Shown: in pieces, positions 10,024-20,700 of the stretch
Position numbering within the stretch: the first letter of the stretch is position 1
How the letters are laid out: each line of letters begins with the position of its first letter
From: Gammaproteobacteria bacterium
GTDB taxonomy: Bacteria > Pseudomonadota > Gammaproteobacteria > Ga0077536
Assembly: GCA_965216305.1 (NCBI GenBank)
Contig: OZ244144.1
Location: forward strand, 3,692,429-3,756,428
DNA: 64,000 bases
Reading direction: 5' to 3'
Notes under the pieces: model-generated
Databases searched by the model: none
What the model saw: only the letters and a program-made list of their open reading frames with translations
What the model was told of the DNA's origin: nothing
Program-made: the position numbers and the translations under genes

Positions 10024-11253
10024 ATGGATGCGAGTCTGCGCAACTACCTGATTGTTACCGCGGGCTACTGGGCGTTCACGATCACCGATGGCGCCATCCG
10101 CATGCTCGTGGTGCTGTATTTCCACCTGCTCGGATATTCGCCACTGGAAGTGGCGATGCTGTTCCTGTTCTACGAGTTCTTCGGCATTGTCACGAACCTT
10201 GTCGGCGGCTGGCTCGGCGCGCGGATTGGACTGAACGTGATCATGCATGTCGGTATGGGGCTGCAGGTGGTGGCGCTGACGATGCTGACGGTACCGGACG
10301 CCTGGTTGTCCGTTGCCTATGTCATGACCGCGCAGGCGCTGTCCGGAATTGCCAAGGATCTGAACAAGATGTCGGCCAAGGCCAGCGTAAAAGCGCTGGC
10401 GGGCGACAGCGGCGATGCCGGTTTATTCAAGTGGGTCGCGGTGCTCACCGGCTCGAAGAACGCGCTCAAGGGCGTCGGCTTTTTTGTCGGTGCCGCGCTG
10501 CTCGACCACGTGGGTTTTCGCGGCGCGCTCGCAACCCTGGCGGGCATGCTTGCGGTCGTGCTCCTTGCTACCGCGCTCGCGCTGCCAAGCGGGGTTGGCA
10601 AGATGAAATCCAAACCAAAGTTCACGCAGGTGTTCTCCACCCGCGCGGAAATCAACTGGCTCGCCGCCGCGCGATTCTTCCTGTTCGGATCGCGCGACGC
10701 GTGGTTCGTCGTCGGCCTGCCGGTATACCTGTACGCCACGCTCGGTTGGGGATTTACCGAAGTCGGTGGTTTTCTCGCGGCCTGGGTGATTGCCTACGGG
10801 GTGATTCAGGCCAGCGCACCGGCACTGTTGCGGCGAAAGCGTGACGGCGCCATACCCGGCGGCAACGCGGCCAGAGGCTGGGGTGTCGTACTCTGCCTCG
10901 TCCCGGCCGGGATCGCGCTCGGCTTGCAGTACGATCTCCCGCCCGTCCTCGTCGTCTGCGGCGGCCTCGCGCTGTTCGGGATCCTGTTTGCGATTAATTC
11001 CGCGCTGCATTCCTATCTCATCCTCGCCTACTCGGATCTGGACCGGGTGGCCATGAACGTCGGTTTCTACTACATGGCCAATGCCGGCGGCCGCTTGACC
11101 GGCACGGTGATCTCCGGCTGGGCTTATCAGACCCACGGACTGGAAGGCTGCTTGTGGTGGTCCGCTGCTTTCGTCGCCGTCGCCGTCGCACTGTCATTAC
11201 CGCTGCCGGAAATCAGGCCCGCCCACGCGCCGGCGACCCCGGCGCAACGCTGA
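10024..11253 (+). CDS. arsJ: Organoarsenical efflux MFS transporter ArsJ
   Basis: YWAFTITDGAIRMLV, LFYEFFG, ALSGIAKDLNKMSAK, LTGSKNALKG, VGFYYMANAGGRL signatures; paired with GAPDH. Confidence 0.93.
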   Translation: MDASLRNYLIVTAGYWAFTITDGAIRMLVVLYFHLLGYSPLEVAMLFLFYEFFGIVTNLVGGWLGARIGLNVIMHVGMGLQVVALTMLTVPDAWLSVAYVMTAQALSGIAKDLNKMSAKASVKALAGDSGDAGLFKWVAVLTGSKNALKGVGFFVGAALLDHVGFRGALATLAGMLAVVLLATALALPSGVGKMKSKPKFTQVFSTRAEINWLAAARFFLFGSRDAWFVVGLPVYLYATLGWGFTEVGGFLAAWVIAYGVIQASAPALLRRKRDGAIPGGNAARGWGVVLCLVPAGIALGLQYDLPPVLVVCGGLALFGILFAINSALHSYLILAYSDLDRVAMNVGFYYMANAGGRLTGTVISGWAYQTHGLEGCLWWSAAFVAVAVALSLPLPEIRPAHAPATPAQR

Positions 11254-11287
11254 CAGCAACCGTCGTTGCTTGTCTGGTTTGAAGGGA

Positions 11288-11317
11288 TTGACATACATAC
11301 CAATTAATCTGTATGTT
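11288..11317 (+). promoter_or_regulatory. Sigma70-type promoter overlapped by a TetR operator-like inverted repeat
   Basis: TTGACA (11288), 18-nt spacer, TATGTT (11312); ACATAC-N10-GTATGT inverted repeat overlaps it; ATG follows 6 nt after the -10 (leaderless-like). Confidence 0.55.
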
Positions 11318-11323
11318 TCGCCC

Positions 11324-11965
11324 ATGCCGCGACCAACGAAACAAGAGCCCGAACGGGGCGACGCCCGCACGCGACTGCTGGAAGCCGCGCGCGACGTCAT
11401 TCGCACGAAAGGATTCACCGCCACCACAGTGAGCGATCTGTGTGCCGCCGCCGGGGTAACGTCCGGCGCGTTCTTTCACAATTTCAAGAGCAAGGAAGCG
11501 CTCGGCGTGGCGGCGGCGGATTACTGGTCGCAGACAACCGAGGCACTGTTTTGCGCTGCGCCCTATCACGATCATGCCGATCCACTCGACCGGATCCTCG
11601 CCTACATCGACTTTCGCAGCGCCATCATCGACGGCGATATCGCGCAGTTCACCTGCCTCGCCGGCACGCTGGCGCAGGAGGTATATGCAACGTCCCCGGA
11701 CATACGCACCGCGTGCGCCGACAGCATTCTGGGTCACGCCGCAACGCTCGAGCCCGACATCGAGGCGGCGATGAAATCGCACGGGGCCGAACCGGGCTGG
11801 ACGGCAGCCAGTCTCGCGCGACATACCCAGGCAGTGCTGCAGGGCGCGTTTGTGCTCGCGAAAGCAACCGGCGATCGCCGCGTCGCGCGCGAAAGCGTCG
11901 ACCACCTTCGGCGCTACGTGGAGCTGCTGTTCAGTTCCGGGCGCGCGCACGGCGCGTCGTCATGA
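11324..11965 (+). CDS. TetR/AcrR family regulator (NemR-like)
   Basis: LLEAA..I..KGF.ATTV.DLC.AAGVT.GAFFH.F.SKE HTH; CLAGTLAQE. Confidence 0.9.
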   Translation: MPRPTKQEPERGDARTRLLEAARDVIRTKGFTATTVSDLCAAAGVTSGAFFHNFKSKEALGVAAADYWSQTTEALFCAAPYHDHADPLDRILAYIDFRSAIIDGDIAQFTCLAGTLAQEVYATSPDIRTACADSILGHAATLEPDIEAAMKSHGAEPGWTAASLARHTQAVLQGAFVLAKATGDRRVARESVDHLRRYVELLFSSGRAHGASS

Positions 11966-12134
11966 CCGACAGCAGCCAGCTCACCGCTGCTGAACAGCAG
12001 TTTTGTACCGGGATCCGACGATCACGTCGCGCACACCGTCGCAACCGTCTTGCTGCTATCGATCCCGCCCCGAAGCTCGCATTGCGACACGAGACAAGGC
12101 AACACCGTGTCGCCAATTCACAAGGAAACCCGCC

Positions 12135-12599
12135 ATGCCAGCGAATACTCACGAACTGATCCTCGAACGGATCATCGACGCGTCCGTCACAAACCTGTGG
12201 CGCTGCTGGACGGAGCCGGGGCTCCTGCAACAGTGGTTTTGCCCGCACCCCTGGACCGTCTCCGATCCGATAATCGACGCGCAACCCGGCGGAGAATTCT
12301 CTGCCATCATGCACGGTCCCGAGGGCGAGGAATTCCCGACCACGGGGGTCTTTCTCGCCGTCGAACCCGGCCGGCGCCTCGTCACGACGGATGCGTTCCT
12401 GCCCGGTTGGGTGCCGTCGGCGCGTGCTTTCATGACCACGGAAGTGAGCTTTGTCGAAACCGCCGACAACAAGACGCAATACACGGCAATAGCCCGTCAC
12501 TGGACAGCCGAAGCCAGGGCCGAGCATGAGGCGATGGGCTTCCATGACGGTTGGGGCAAAGCCACCGATCAGCTCGCGGCGCTCGCGAGGTCGCTTTGA
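12135..12599 (+). CDS. SRPBCC/AHSA1-like domain protein
   Basis: ELILERIIDA..LWRCWTEP.LL.QWFCP.PW, PGGEF, HEAMGFHDGWG; AAGGA RBS. Confidence 0.9.
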   Translation: MPANTHELILERIIDASVTNLWRCWTEPGLLQQWFCPHPWTVSDPIIDAQPGGEFSAIMHGPEGEEFPTTGVFLAVEPGRRLVTTDAFLPGWVPSARAFMTTEVSFVETADNKTQYTAIARHWTAEARAEHEAMGFHDGWGKATDQLAALARSL

Positions 12600-12855
12600 A
12601 TGCGCGCTACTTTTTCCGTCGCACATAACACGCTTGCGGCGCCGCCCGACAAACACTGCACAAACCGGTGGGGTTTGCCGGATCCGAAATCACCGCCTGA
12701 ACCCCGAGTGCAAGCGTGGACGCACAAACCCTTGGAACCACTACGCGCACTGCAGCGAGACGCGCACGCAAGCGCGCTCAATTCACAACAAATGTTCATC
12801 AACAGGGCTTTGACGCAAGCGTTCGCGGTTTAGCCCCCTTTCAGGAGTGAATATC

Positions 12856-13341
12856 ATGACGGAACTCGTGACCTGTCTGTGGTTCGACCACGGCGAAGCC
12901 GCGAGGGCAGCGGAATTCTACGCGGCCACGTTTCCCGACAGTCGGCTCACGCGGGTGAATACCGCGCCCGGTGATTTTCCCGGCGGCGTGGCCGGCAGTG
13001 AATTGACGGTCGAGTTTACGGTCCTCGGGCGCAGGTTCATCGGCCTGAACGGCGGACCGCACATACAGCCAAACGCGGCCGTGAGTTTTATGGTCCTCAC
13101 CGCGGATCAGCAAGAAACCGACCACTACTGGAACACGATCGTGGGTAACGGCGGGGCCGAGAATGCGTGCGGCTGGTGTCAGGACCGATGGGGTCATTCA
13201 TGGCAGATTACGCCGCGCCGCTTGCTTGAATTAACGACGAGTGCCGACCGTGCGGAGGCGAAGCGCGCATTCGACGCGATGATGACAATGATGAAGATCG
13301 ATATCGCGGCACTCGAAGCCGCGGTCCGTGATCAATCGTGA
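12856..13341 (+). CDS. VOC family protein (PhnB/3-demethylubiquinone-9 methyltransferase-like)
   Basis: [39 protein letters not shown]. Confidence 0.9.
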   Translation: MTELVTCLWFDHGEAARAAEFYAATFPDSRLTRVNTAPGDFPGGVAGSELTVEFTVLGRRFIGLNGGPHIQPNAAVSFMVLTADQQETDHYWNTIVGNGGAENACGWCQDRWGHSWQITPRRLLELTTSADRAEAKRAFDAMMTMMKIDIAALEAAVRDQS

Positions 13342-13368
13342 TCCGGGAGCAGCATAAGGAGCACACAC

Positions 13369-13752
13369 ATGAGCTACATTGACGGTTTCGTGATCGCCGT
13401 ACCGACGGCGAACAAACAGCAGTTCATCGATCACGCCAGGAACGCCGACGGCGTATTCATCGACCTCGGCGCAACCCGCATCCTCGAATGCTGGGGAGAC
13501 GATGTGCATGACGGTGAGCTCACGGATTTTCGCCGGGCCGTACAGGCAACTGAGGACGAAACGGTGGTCTTCTCGTGGGTTGAATGGCCGGATAAAGCCA
13601 CGCGCGACGCCGCCATGGCAACAATGATGGCGTGGATGAACGATCCGGAAAAAGGCGACCCGCGCATGGACCCGGCGAAGAACCCGATGCCTTTCGACGG
13701 CAAGCGCCTGATCTTCGGCGGCTTCACCCCGGTTGTCACCCTGGAGCAATAG
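13369..13752 (+). CDS. DUF1428 (YbaA-like) family protein
   Basis: YIDGFVIAVP, ECWGDDV..G..TDF, ETVVFSWVEWP, MPFDGKRLIFGGF. Confidence 0.92.
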   Translation: MSYIDGFVIAVPTANKQQFIDHARNADGVFIDLGATRILECWGDDVHDGELTDFRRAVQATEDETVVFSWVEWPDKATRDAAMATMMAWMNDPEKGDPRMDPAKNPMPFDGKRLIFGGFTPVVTLEQ

Positions 13753-13764
13753 CGAGAAATAACG

Positions 13765-14550
13765 ATGGCAAATTTTCAGGGTGATTTCATCTGGTACGAA
13801 TTACTGACCACCGATGCGGCGGCTGCGCAAGCGTTCTACGCCGACGTCATCGGCTGGACCGCGACGGACTCGGGTCAGCCGGGTATCGACTACCGCATCC
13901 TCGCATCTGCCGAAGGCAATCTCGGCGGGCTCATGCAGATCACGAACGATATGGCATCCGCCGGCGCGCGCCCGGTCTGGCTCGGCTACATCGCCGTCGA
14001 CGACGTCGATGCAACCGTCGCAGCGATCACCGCGGGTGGTGGCGCAATCCAGATGTCACCGATGGAGATCCCGGCCGTTGGTCGTATCGCGATGGCGACG
14101 GATCCGCAGGGCGCGCCGTTCTACGTGATGCGCGGCGCGAGCGACGAGGAAAGCCACGCGTTCGCTTACGACCGCCCACGGCTCGGCCATTGCGCCTGGA
14201 ATGAACTCGCAACGTCCGATCGTGCCGGCGCGATGCGGTTCTATGGCGATTTGTTCGGCTGGAAAAAGGACGGCGAAATGGACATGGGGCCGCTGGGCGC
14301 GTACGAGTTCCTCCGCCGCGGTGCGATCGAAGGCATCTTCGCCGGGGTCATGACCCGCCCGCGGGAAATGCCGGTATCACTGTGGAGCTACTACTTCCGC
14401 GTCGCTGATATCGACACCGCCATCGAGCGCACGAACGCCGGCGGCGGTCAGCTCATCGTCGGCCCGATGGAAATTCCCGGCGGCGAGTTCAGTGTCAACG
14501 CACTCGACCCGCAGGGGGCAATGTTCGCATTCGTGGGCCCGCGCGCTTGA
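13765..14550 (+). CDS. Two-domain VOC/glyoxalase family protein
   Basis: Tandem WYEL.T.D..A..FY..GW / WNEL.T.D..FY..FGW; DPQGA occurs twice. Confidence 0.9.
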   Translation: MANFQGDFIWYELLTTDAAAAQAFYADVIGWTATDSGQPGIDYRILASAEGNLGGLMQITNDMASAGARPVWLGYIAVDDVDATVAAITAGGGAIQMSPMEIPAVGRIAMATDPQGAPFYVMRGASDEESHAFAYDRPRLGHCAWNELATSDRAGAMRFYGDLFGWKKDGEMDMGPLGAYEFLRRGAIEGIFAGVMTRPREMPVSLWSYYFRVADIDTAIERTNAGGGQLIVGPMEIPGGEFSVNALDPQGAMFAFVGPRA

Positions 14551-14613
14551 GTGCATGCGCTGACGGTGACTACCCCGTCAGCGCACGCTGCCAGTAAACC
14601 CCTTTCCGTCCGC

Positions 14614-15270
14614 TTACCCGGCTCGGCGCGTCGCCAGCAGGCCGAGCAGGCCACTGCCGAGGAATACCACCGCCGCGGGGATCGGCACCACGCTGACGCT
14701 GACATTGTCGAGACTGCCCGTGTCCGACCCATTGATGTACTCGCCGCGAATGCGCAGGCGATCGAGCGAACTCAAAACAGTCAGCAGATCGCCCGCGGTG
14801 GCCGTTGCTCCGCCGTTCATCCAGCTCTCGCTCTCATCGAGACGAACGCTGTAAGACACCCACTCGCCAACGGGCAGCGGGTTCGCGAGCGTGTCGAGCG
14901 TTAGTTCAATGCCGCCGCCATTGAGAATCACATCGTCTCTGCTGATTTGCGCCCCTGAGCCCACTTGCTTCAGATCGAACTGGAGTAACTCGCCGTAAGC
15001 ACCGGAGAGGTCGCCGAGAAATTTCCCCGGCGCCTGGAAATACCAGATGCCGCCCGACACGCTGTCGTCGGCTTCGATGTGGCCGCCCGGATTACCGCCG
15101 GCGGCAAGAAATGTCGGCAGACCCGACGTTGCATCACCGCTGATGATCCAGCCGTCCGCACTACTGTCGAACGTACTGGCAACAACGGCGGCCGCGGCGG
15201 TGCCGCCGTGCGTCACCAGCGCCGCGAGCGCGATAAGGTTAAAAGTGCGGCCCAATACATTACGCATCAT
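14614..15270 (-). CDS. Secreted laminin B (laminin IV)-like domain protein with VPIPAA (PEP-CTERM-like) sorting signal
   Basis: Signal peptide; WYFQAPGKFLGD...YG..L.F, DVIL.GG, VLSSLDRLRIRGEY..LDNV; C-terminal VPIPAA-TM-RR. Confidence 0.8.
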   Translation of the reverse strand: MMRNVLGRTFNLIALAALVTHGGTAAAAVVASTFDSSADGWIISGDATSGLPTFLAAGGNPGGHIEADDSVSGGIWYFQAPGKFLGDLSGAYGELLQFDLKQVGSGAQISRDDVILNGGGIELTLDTLANPLPVGEWVSYSVRLDESESWMNGGATATAGDLLTVLSSLDRLRIRGEYINGSDTGSLDNVSVSVVPIPAAVVFLGSGLLGLLATRRAG

Positions 15271-15726
15271 CTTCATCTCCAATTCGAGTGTTAAAGGCTG
15301 GCTCGCTGCGCCCCGGGCAGCGGACCGTCGCCTACCTTAACGAATGGGCGACGGGCTTGTCCGGCAAGATTACCCGAATACGATGATTGCCCGCGGCCGC
15401 ATCGCGGTTGTGGCATCGGCCCCGGGCTGTCGGTCTCTCCCCGCCGCGTCGCGGGGCGGTACTGCACCCGGCATGCATGAGTGCCTGGGCACAGCCGCGC
15501 ATGCACCCCGCGCGAGGTAGCGGAACAGTGACGCTATGCCAACACGCGCGCGCTGCGCGCCAGAACCGCTCGCCGCCTCGGACAGTGGCGCGGATCTTGC
15601 ACCTCTTCTTACATAGCGGCGCCGACGATTGAACATCGCGGCCGGCCGCCGACGGCACAACGCGATGGCGGAGCTGCACCAGACTCGTCCTCGCGCCCGC
15701 AATAACAACACAGGAGAAGCGAAATC

Positions 15727-16044
15727 ATGACTCTCATCGATATTCTCGACGACGCGCGAGCACGCGGCTTCAGTCACAATCTGGCCTACGACGACAACGA
15801 GCTCGTCTGTGCAGAACTTGGTAAACATTACGATGCCGCGAACAGTTTCATCGTCGATTCGAAATCTGCCGATGCAGGCACCGACCCTGGCGACGATGTC
15901 ACAGTTTATTTTATCGAGACCGGCGAGGGCGACCGTGGCTATATTATCGTTCCGGCGTCAATCTACGCGGAGCCCGCGAAGGCGGCGTTTATCGATCGAC
16001 TGAAAACGAAGCCGAAACCGAACGCCGACACCGCTGCACCGTAA
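15727..16044 (+). CDS. Small hypothetical protein
   Basis: AGGAG RBS; acidic 105-aa ORF with RGF..., TDPGD..VY.I..G.RG pattern. Confidence 0.7.
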   Translation: MTLIDILDDARARGFSHNLAYDDNELVCAELGKHYDAANSFIVDSKSADAGTDPGDDVTVYFIETGEGDRGYIIVPASIYAEPAKAAFIDRLKTKPKPNADTAAP

Positions 16045-16340
16045 CGGTTTTCGCCAACCAGGACCGGGCCCGGCGATCGGTAACGGCCCAATCTCCGCCA
16101 AGCCGAACCGAAGGGCCTGCCAGACGCCCTTCACCGCCCCGGGCCGAGGCCCCGCACAGTGGTGCTTGCAGGCACCGCAGCAGCCCAGAGCGCTCCCCGG
16201 CGCCAGCCAGGCCGGTGTACTCGCCGGTGGCAATGCACTCGTCGCGCGATGTTCACAACGCGGCGGCGCCATGCCACGCCGCTTGCGACGCCGGCACCGG
16301 TTGTGGAATTATTTCCGCGTCAACCGAGGAGGACCTCTGT

Positions 16341-16910
16341 ATGTATACACGTGTTTCGAAAGTTCCGGCCGACAAGGTCGACGACGGCATTCGCGATCTG
16401 ATGGACGCCTCTGAACAGGCGCTCGGCGGCTCCGAATGGATCCAGGTGATGGCGCAATCCCCTGATTTGTACAAAGACTTTGCGCGTTTTTATTACGACC
16501 ACATCATGGTGGATCGCGAAGGCCTCGACATCCGGCTGACTGAACTGGTCCGCCACCGGGTGGCAACACACAACGCGTGCTATTTGTGACGCGGCGTCGT
16601 GTATCCCTCGGCGAGGGATCAAGGCGTGACCGACGACCTCATTACTTCTCTGCGTAACGATCCGCAAGGCGACGACCGCTTCAGCGACCGCGAAAAAGCC
16701 GCGTTCCGCTATGTCGACATCCTCGCGGGTGATCACCACCAGGCCACCGACGCACTGTACGACGATCTCAGAGCACACTTCACGGAGCGTCAAATCATCA
16801 CGCTTGGCTGGCGTATTTCCATGTTCGTGGGCTACGGGCGGTTGCTCGCAACCCTCGGTATGGACACTGTCGGCGAGGCGTGTGCATTGCCGCGAGCCTC
16901 GGCTGGCTGA
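16341..16910 (+). CDS. Carboxymuconolactone decarboxylase/AhpD-like selenoprotein (CxxU)
   Basis: GAGGAGG RBS, ATG 16341; ELVRHRVATHNAC-Y-L-TGA-R-G-V continues in frame into FSDREKAA..Y..LA.DH...LRAHF.ERQI; SECIS-like hairpin right after the TGA. Confidence 0.82.
16590..16627 (+). promoter_or_regulatory. Putative bacterial SECIS element
   Basis: ATCCCTC-GGC-GAGGGAT stem-loop (16603-16619), G-containing apical loop 20 nt after the UGA; lower stem GCGUC/GGCGU. Confidence 0.7.
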
Positions 16911-16952
16911 CGTATTATGGGGACGCAACGTTTGAATCCGGCGTCGCGCTGA

Positions 16953-17570
16953 TTACCGCGAAGCCCGGGCCGTTCTCGCCCGCACACCACGCGCGTGCGT
17001 CCCCTGCTCTTCTCCCTGCGCGGCATGGCCCGCACGCGCTTCGCGGGATAACAACCCTGTAAGCCCGGCCAGGCGCAACCATTGTGTGTCCACGCCTGCA
17101 GTCAGCGGAATCAGCGAAATCTGGTTGCCGCCCATGTCCGGCATACCGATATCAGGCAATACGACTTCCGGCTCAAACCACCGCGCGATATCGGGCGCGC
17201 CGCGACCGTCGTTCGCCACCTCGACAGTACAGTGCATCGCTGCCATCAACCTGCCCATCGCACGGGTGAATCTTGAGCAAGTTCAGCGCGCTGCGGATCG
17301 GCGCCAGGGGGTTACGCAACTCATGTGCGAGCGTGGCCAGGAATTCATCCTTGCGCTTGGCCGCCTCGCGCAGGGCGTCAATCGCTTCGCGCAGGGCGTC
17401 AATCGCTTCGCGCTCGGTCGTGAGGTTCACCCCAACGCCGGGAAAGCGGACAGGTTCATCCTGTTCGTCGAAGAACACGCGCCCGCACAAACTTACCCAG
17501 CGGATGGAGCCGTCGCTTTGTACGAGGCGATATTCCTCAGCGTCATTTATGCACTCAAGAACGTCCATGC
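16953..17570 (-). pseudogene. Remnant of a hybrid PAS-histidine kinase/response regulator
   Basis: PAC ([15 protein letters not shown]), HisKA ([19 protein letters not shown]), then REC fragment (PEVVLPDIGMPDMGG) in another frame; HATPase domain absent. Confidence 0.75.
17366..17413. repeat. 21-bp tandem duplication (about 2.3 copies)
   Basis: TCGCGCAGGGCGTCAATCGCT twice plus TCGCGC; encodes an AIDALRE heptad twice on the minus strand. Confidence 0.9.
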
Positions 17571-17745
17571 GGGGTAACCTGCAAAAAGAGCGATTCCGGT
17601 TCCCCCGTCTCACGTTCACGCGAGGTCGGGGCAAGCGGAAACCGCGGCAGGTCAACGCGCGAATCGACGGGGTCGAAACCCGCCCATCGGCCGGATTCGT
17701 CGGCCACGATCGCGGTTTTTCGGCACCTCAGGAAATCAGTGTCGC

Positions 17746-20700
17746 TCAATCCCGCGAGCGCGGCGTCGCAACGCGCCCCGACAACCAGTCGCGCAGCGAC
17801 CGCGCGGAATTCTGGTCGATCTTAAGCCGTAAAGACACGTACGGTCCGCGTTGCAGATACTGACCGGCGGCGAAATCCTCGTCGTCAAAGCCGCTGACGT
17901 TATAGCCGGCAACGATCCACGTGTTGTCGATCGGACTGAAGCCCACTGACGCGCCGAGCGAGTAATCCATGGTGCCGGTTTTCCATGAACGCAGAACGTC
18001 GCCGTGGATACCGATGTCAACGCGCGGTGAGAGATCGTGGCGCATTTCCATACCGGCGAGCGTGGTGACGGCGGTCGCCTCGATCGTTTCGAACACATCA
18101 TGCGCGAGCTTCGCGCCGAGGCGTCCGGCGATCGAGGTGTGCTCGCGCCACTGGTATTGCGCGTGCGTGTTGGCGACAAATTTGTACGTTTTGTTGCTCT
18201 CGCCGGTGCGATCGCGGCGTTCATACGAGAAGTCGCCGCGGTTGAGTACGAGCCAGCGCGACAACGAAGGGCGCCACGCGAGACCGAGGCTCAACTCGCC
18301 GTCTACGTCGCGCTCGCCATTCGCGCGTGCTTCGAGGTAAGTATCGAAATTGCCACTGTAGGCAACACCATCGGTCAGCTCGCGATACATGCCCAGGCCC
18401 ACGCTGGCGCGATCGCTGCGATCGCTCATGCGTAACTCCCAACGGGAGAACGCGAGCAGATTGTCCAGGCGGTAATTGACGCCGGCCGACAGCGCGGAAT
18501 AATCCGCATCCTCATCCAGCGTCCCGGACGCGGGCGGCACGTTGATATTCAGCGGGATGTAGTTGTTTTCGCTGATTGTGGTCGAGCGGTCGATCGATGC
18601 GTCCACGCTCCACCGCTCGTTGAGTTGCCAGCGTTGTATAAAACCCGAGTTCGAAAAGATGCGGTCGCCCGAGTCACTGATCGCGCGGCCGATCGAACTC
18701 GTCGCCTGGGCGCCGCGCCATGGCGTGCTGCGGGTGCCGATCCGCGTGTCGTGCGTGTCGCGTTCGGCCCCTGCGGTGAGTTCGTGCTCGGCGAAAAACG
18801 TGAGCGCATCGCTGAAGCGATAATCGGCCCCGCCGAGAACCCGGGTCGGGTAGTCCGGATTGTCGTTCTTGCCGGCAACGCTGATTTCGCTCGATAAACG
18901 CAACAGCACACGGTCCGAGAATATCGAACGGCTGCCGCCCGCCAGTGCGTTCACCGACAAACCCGGATCCTCACCGTCACCGGCGTCACGCGCCCACCGC
19001 AACCCGCTGTAGAGATTGCCGCGTTCGAGGCGGTAGTTGGCGCGCGCTTCGACGACTTCGCGGTAGCGTTCTGTTTCGAGTCCCCGCTGTCGAAATGCCT
19101 CGAGATCCAGGCGCCATTTTTCGTCGAGCGCGTACTCGAGCTCGCCCCCGAATTTCTCGGTACCACTTTCCGAACCGCGCTGCTGCCCCACCCCGAATGA
19201 CTCACTTTGACGACGGAAATACGCGCGCGCGTCGAGCTTTCCGTCGCTGCGTTCGGCTTCCACGAGGTACGCCGTACCGTGTTCGCGGCCACCGGTGGCT
19301 TCCTTCCCGGACCGTGCCGCCTCGGCACGTATCGTCGTATGGATGTCGGGCCGGTAGGTGATATCCACCGCTTGCAGATCGGCCTGATTGCCCGTCGCCC
19401 CTTCATAGATCCCGCTCACCCCGGCTTCCAGACGATTTTCCAGGAGATGCGCCGCAACCCGGCCACCGGCAACAATGTCGTTGTTGCGCGATCCGCCGGA
19501 TTCGTAATCGACGACGATGAACACCGGGTTGAAATCGAAATCCCGGGTCGGGACCGGCTGCTTGAAGAAGATCGTACCGTCGCGGTAATCAATGCTGTAG
19601 TCGATATAGCGCGTAAGGTGCTGTGCTCTGATGACACGCTCGGGATGAAACCGATCGCGGGTTTCCAGCGTAATTTTCTCCGAGTTCGTAACAAGGTCCC
19701 GCGCCGATAAGGCATACAGGCCGGACGTACCGTCGCCGCGTATTTCGTCCTTGACGAATTGATTGTCGGTATGGGCGCCGAACACGCTGTAAGAAACGTT
19801 CTTGCCCCGGTAGCCGGATTTCACGCCGTGCAGGCTGCGGTTGTAGCGCGCGAGTTCGGTAATCGTCAGCCCCGTTTCGTAATCACCGAGTACGGCGAAA
19901 AACGTTTCGCGTTCGAGGCGTACATACAATTTTCCGGCGCTCGGCGCATGCGTGCGTTGTTCTGAAGCATCCGCGTAAACGGAATAGTATTCGTCGGGAT
20001 CAATTTGCTGGCGCAATGAATCGGACGCTTCGCCGGTCTTGCGCGCCGAATCGTAAGCGAGCGTTAACAGCCATTTACCGCGGATCCGGCCGCGGGCGAA
20101 GAACGCCACCCGTCCGTCCGCGTCATAGCCCTCGCTCATCCCGGGTGGCAGTTGTTCAACATGATCGGACAGTTTCCGATGGGCCAGCGTACCTTCGGCA
20201 AGACCCACGAGTATCCAGTCCCGCACGGGGGTCGCCATCCACGTGCGGACCTCGCGTTCGATCGTCTCGTCCAGACTCAGCGCGGCGACGATCTCTCCGG
20301 ATTCATTCGTCGGCTCGATATGCAGATAGGCGATACCGTCGTCGCCGACCCGGTAGGCGGGTCGCTCGTCCGGAATGATGTTGAGCGCGCGGCGAGCGTC
20401 CTCATCCATGGAACGATAGGGACGGTAAGGCGGCTCGAGCGAGTAATGCCCGCCGATACCCGCGCGGGCCGGGTAACCATCCTTGTCACGCAAGCGTACC
20501 GCCACCCGCGACAGGGTGCGGCCGTCGGCAACCAGGGTGGACAGCTCGGGGACAAGTTCAACCGTGATCGGCGCAGTTGAGTAATGAATGATGTGTTCGC
20601 TCGTACTCACGACGCGCTTGTCCCGGTCGAGCAGGCGAACGCTCACCACATTGTCGCCGTCGATCAAATCGACGCCACGCCAGTGACTCAACGCTGCCGT

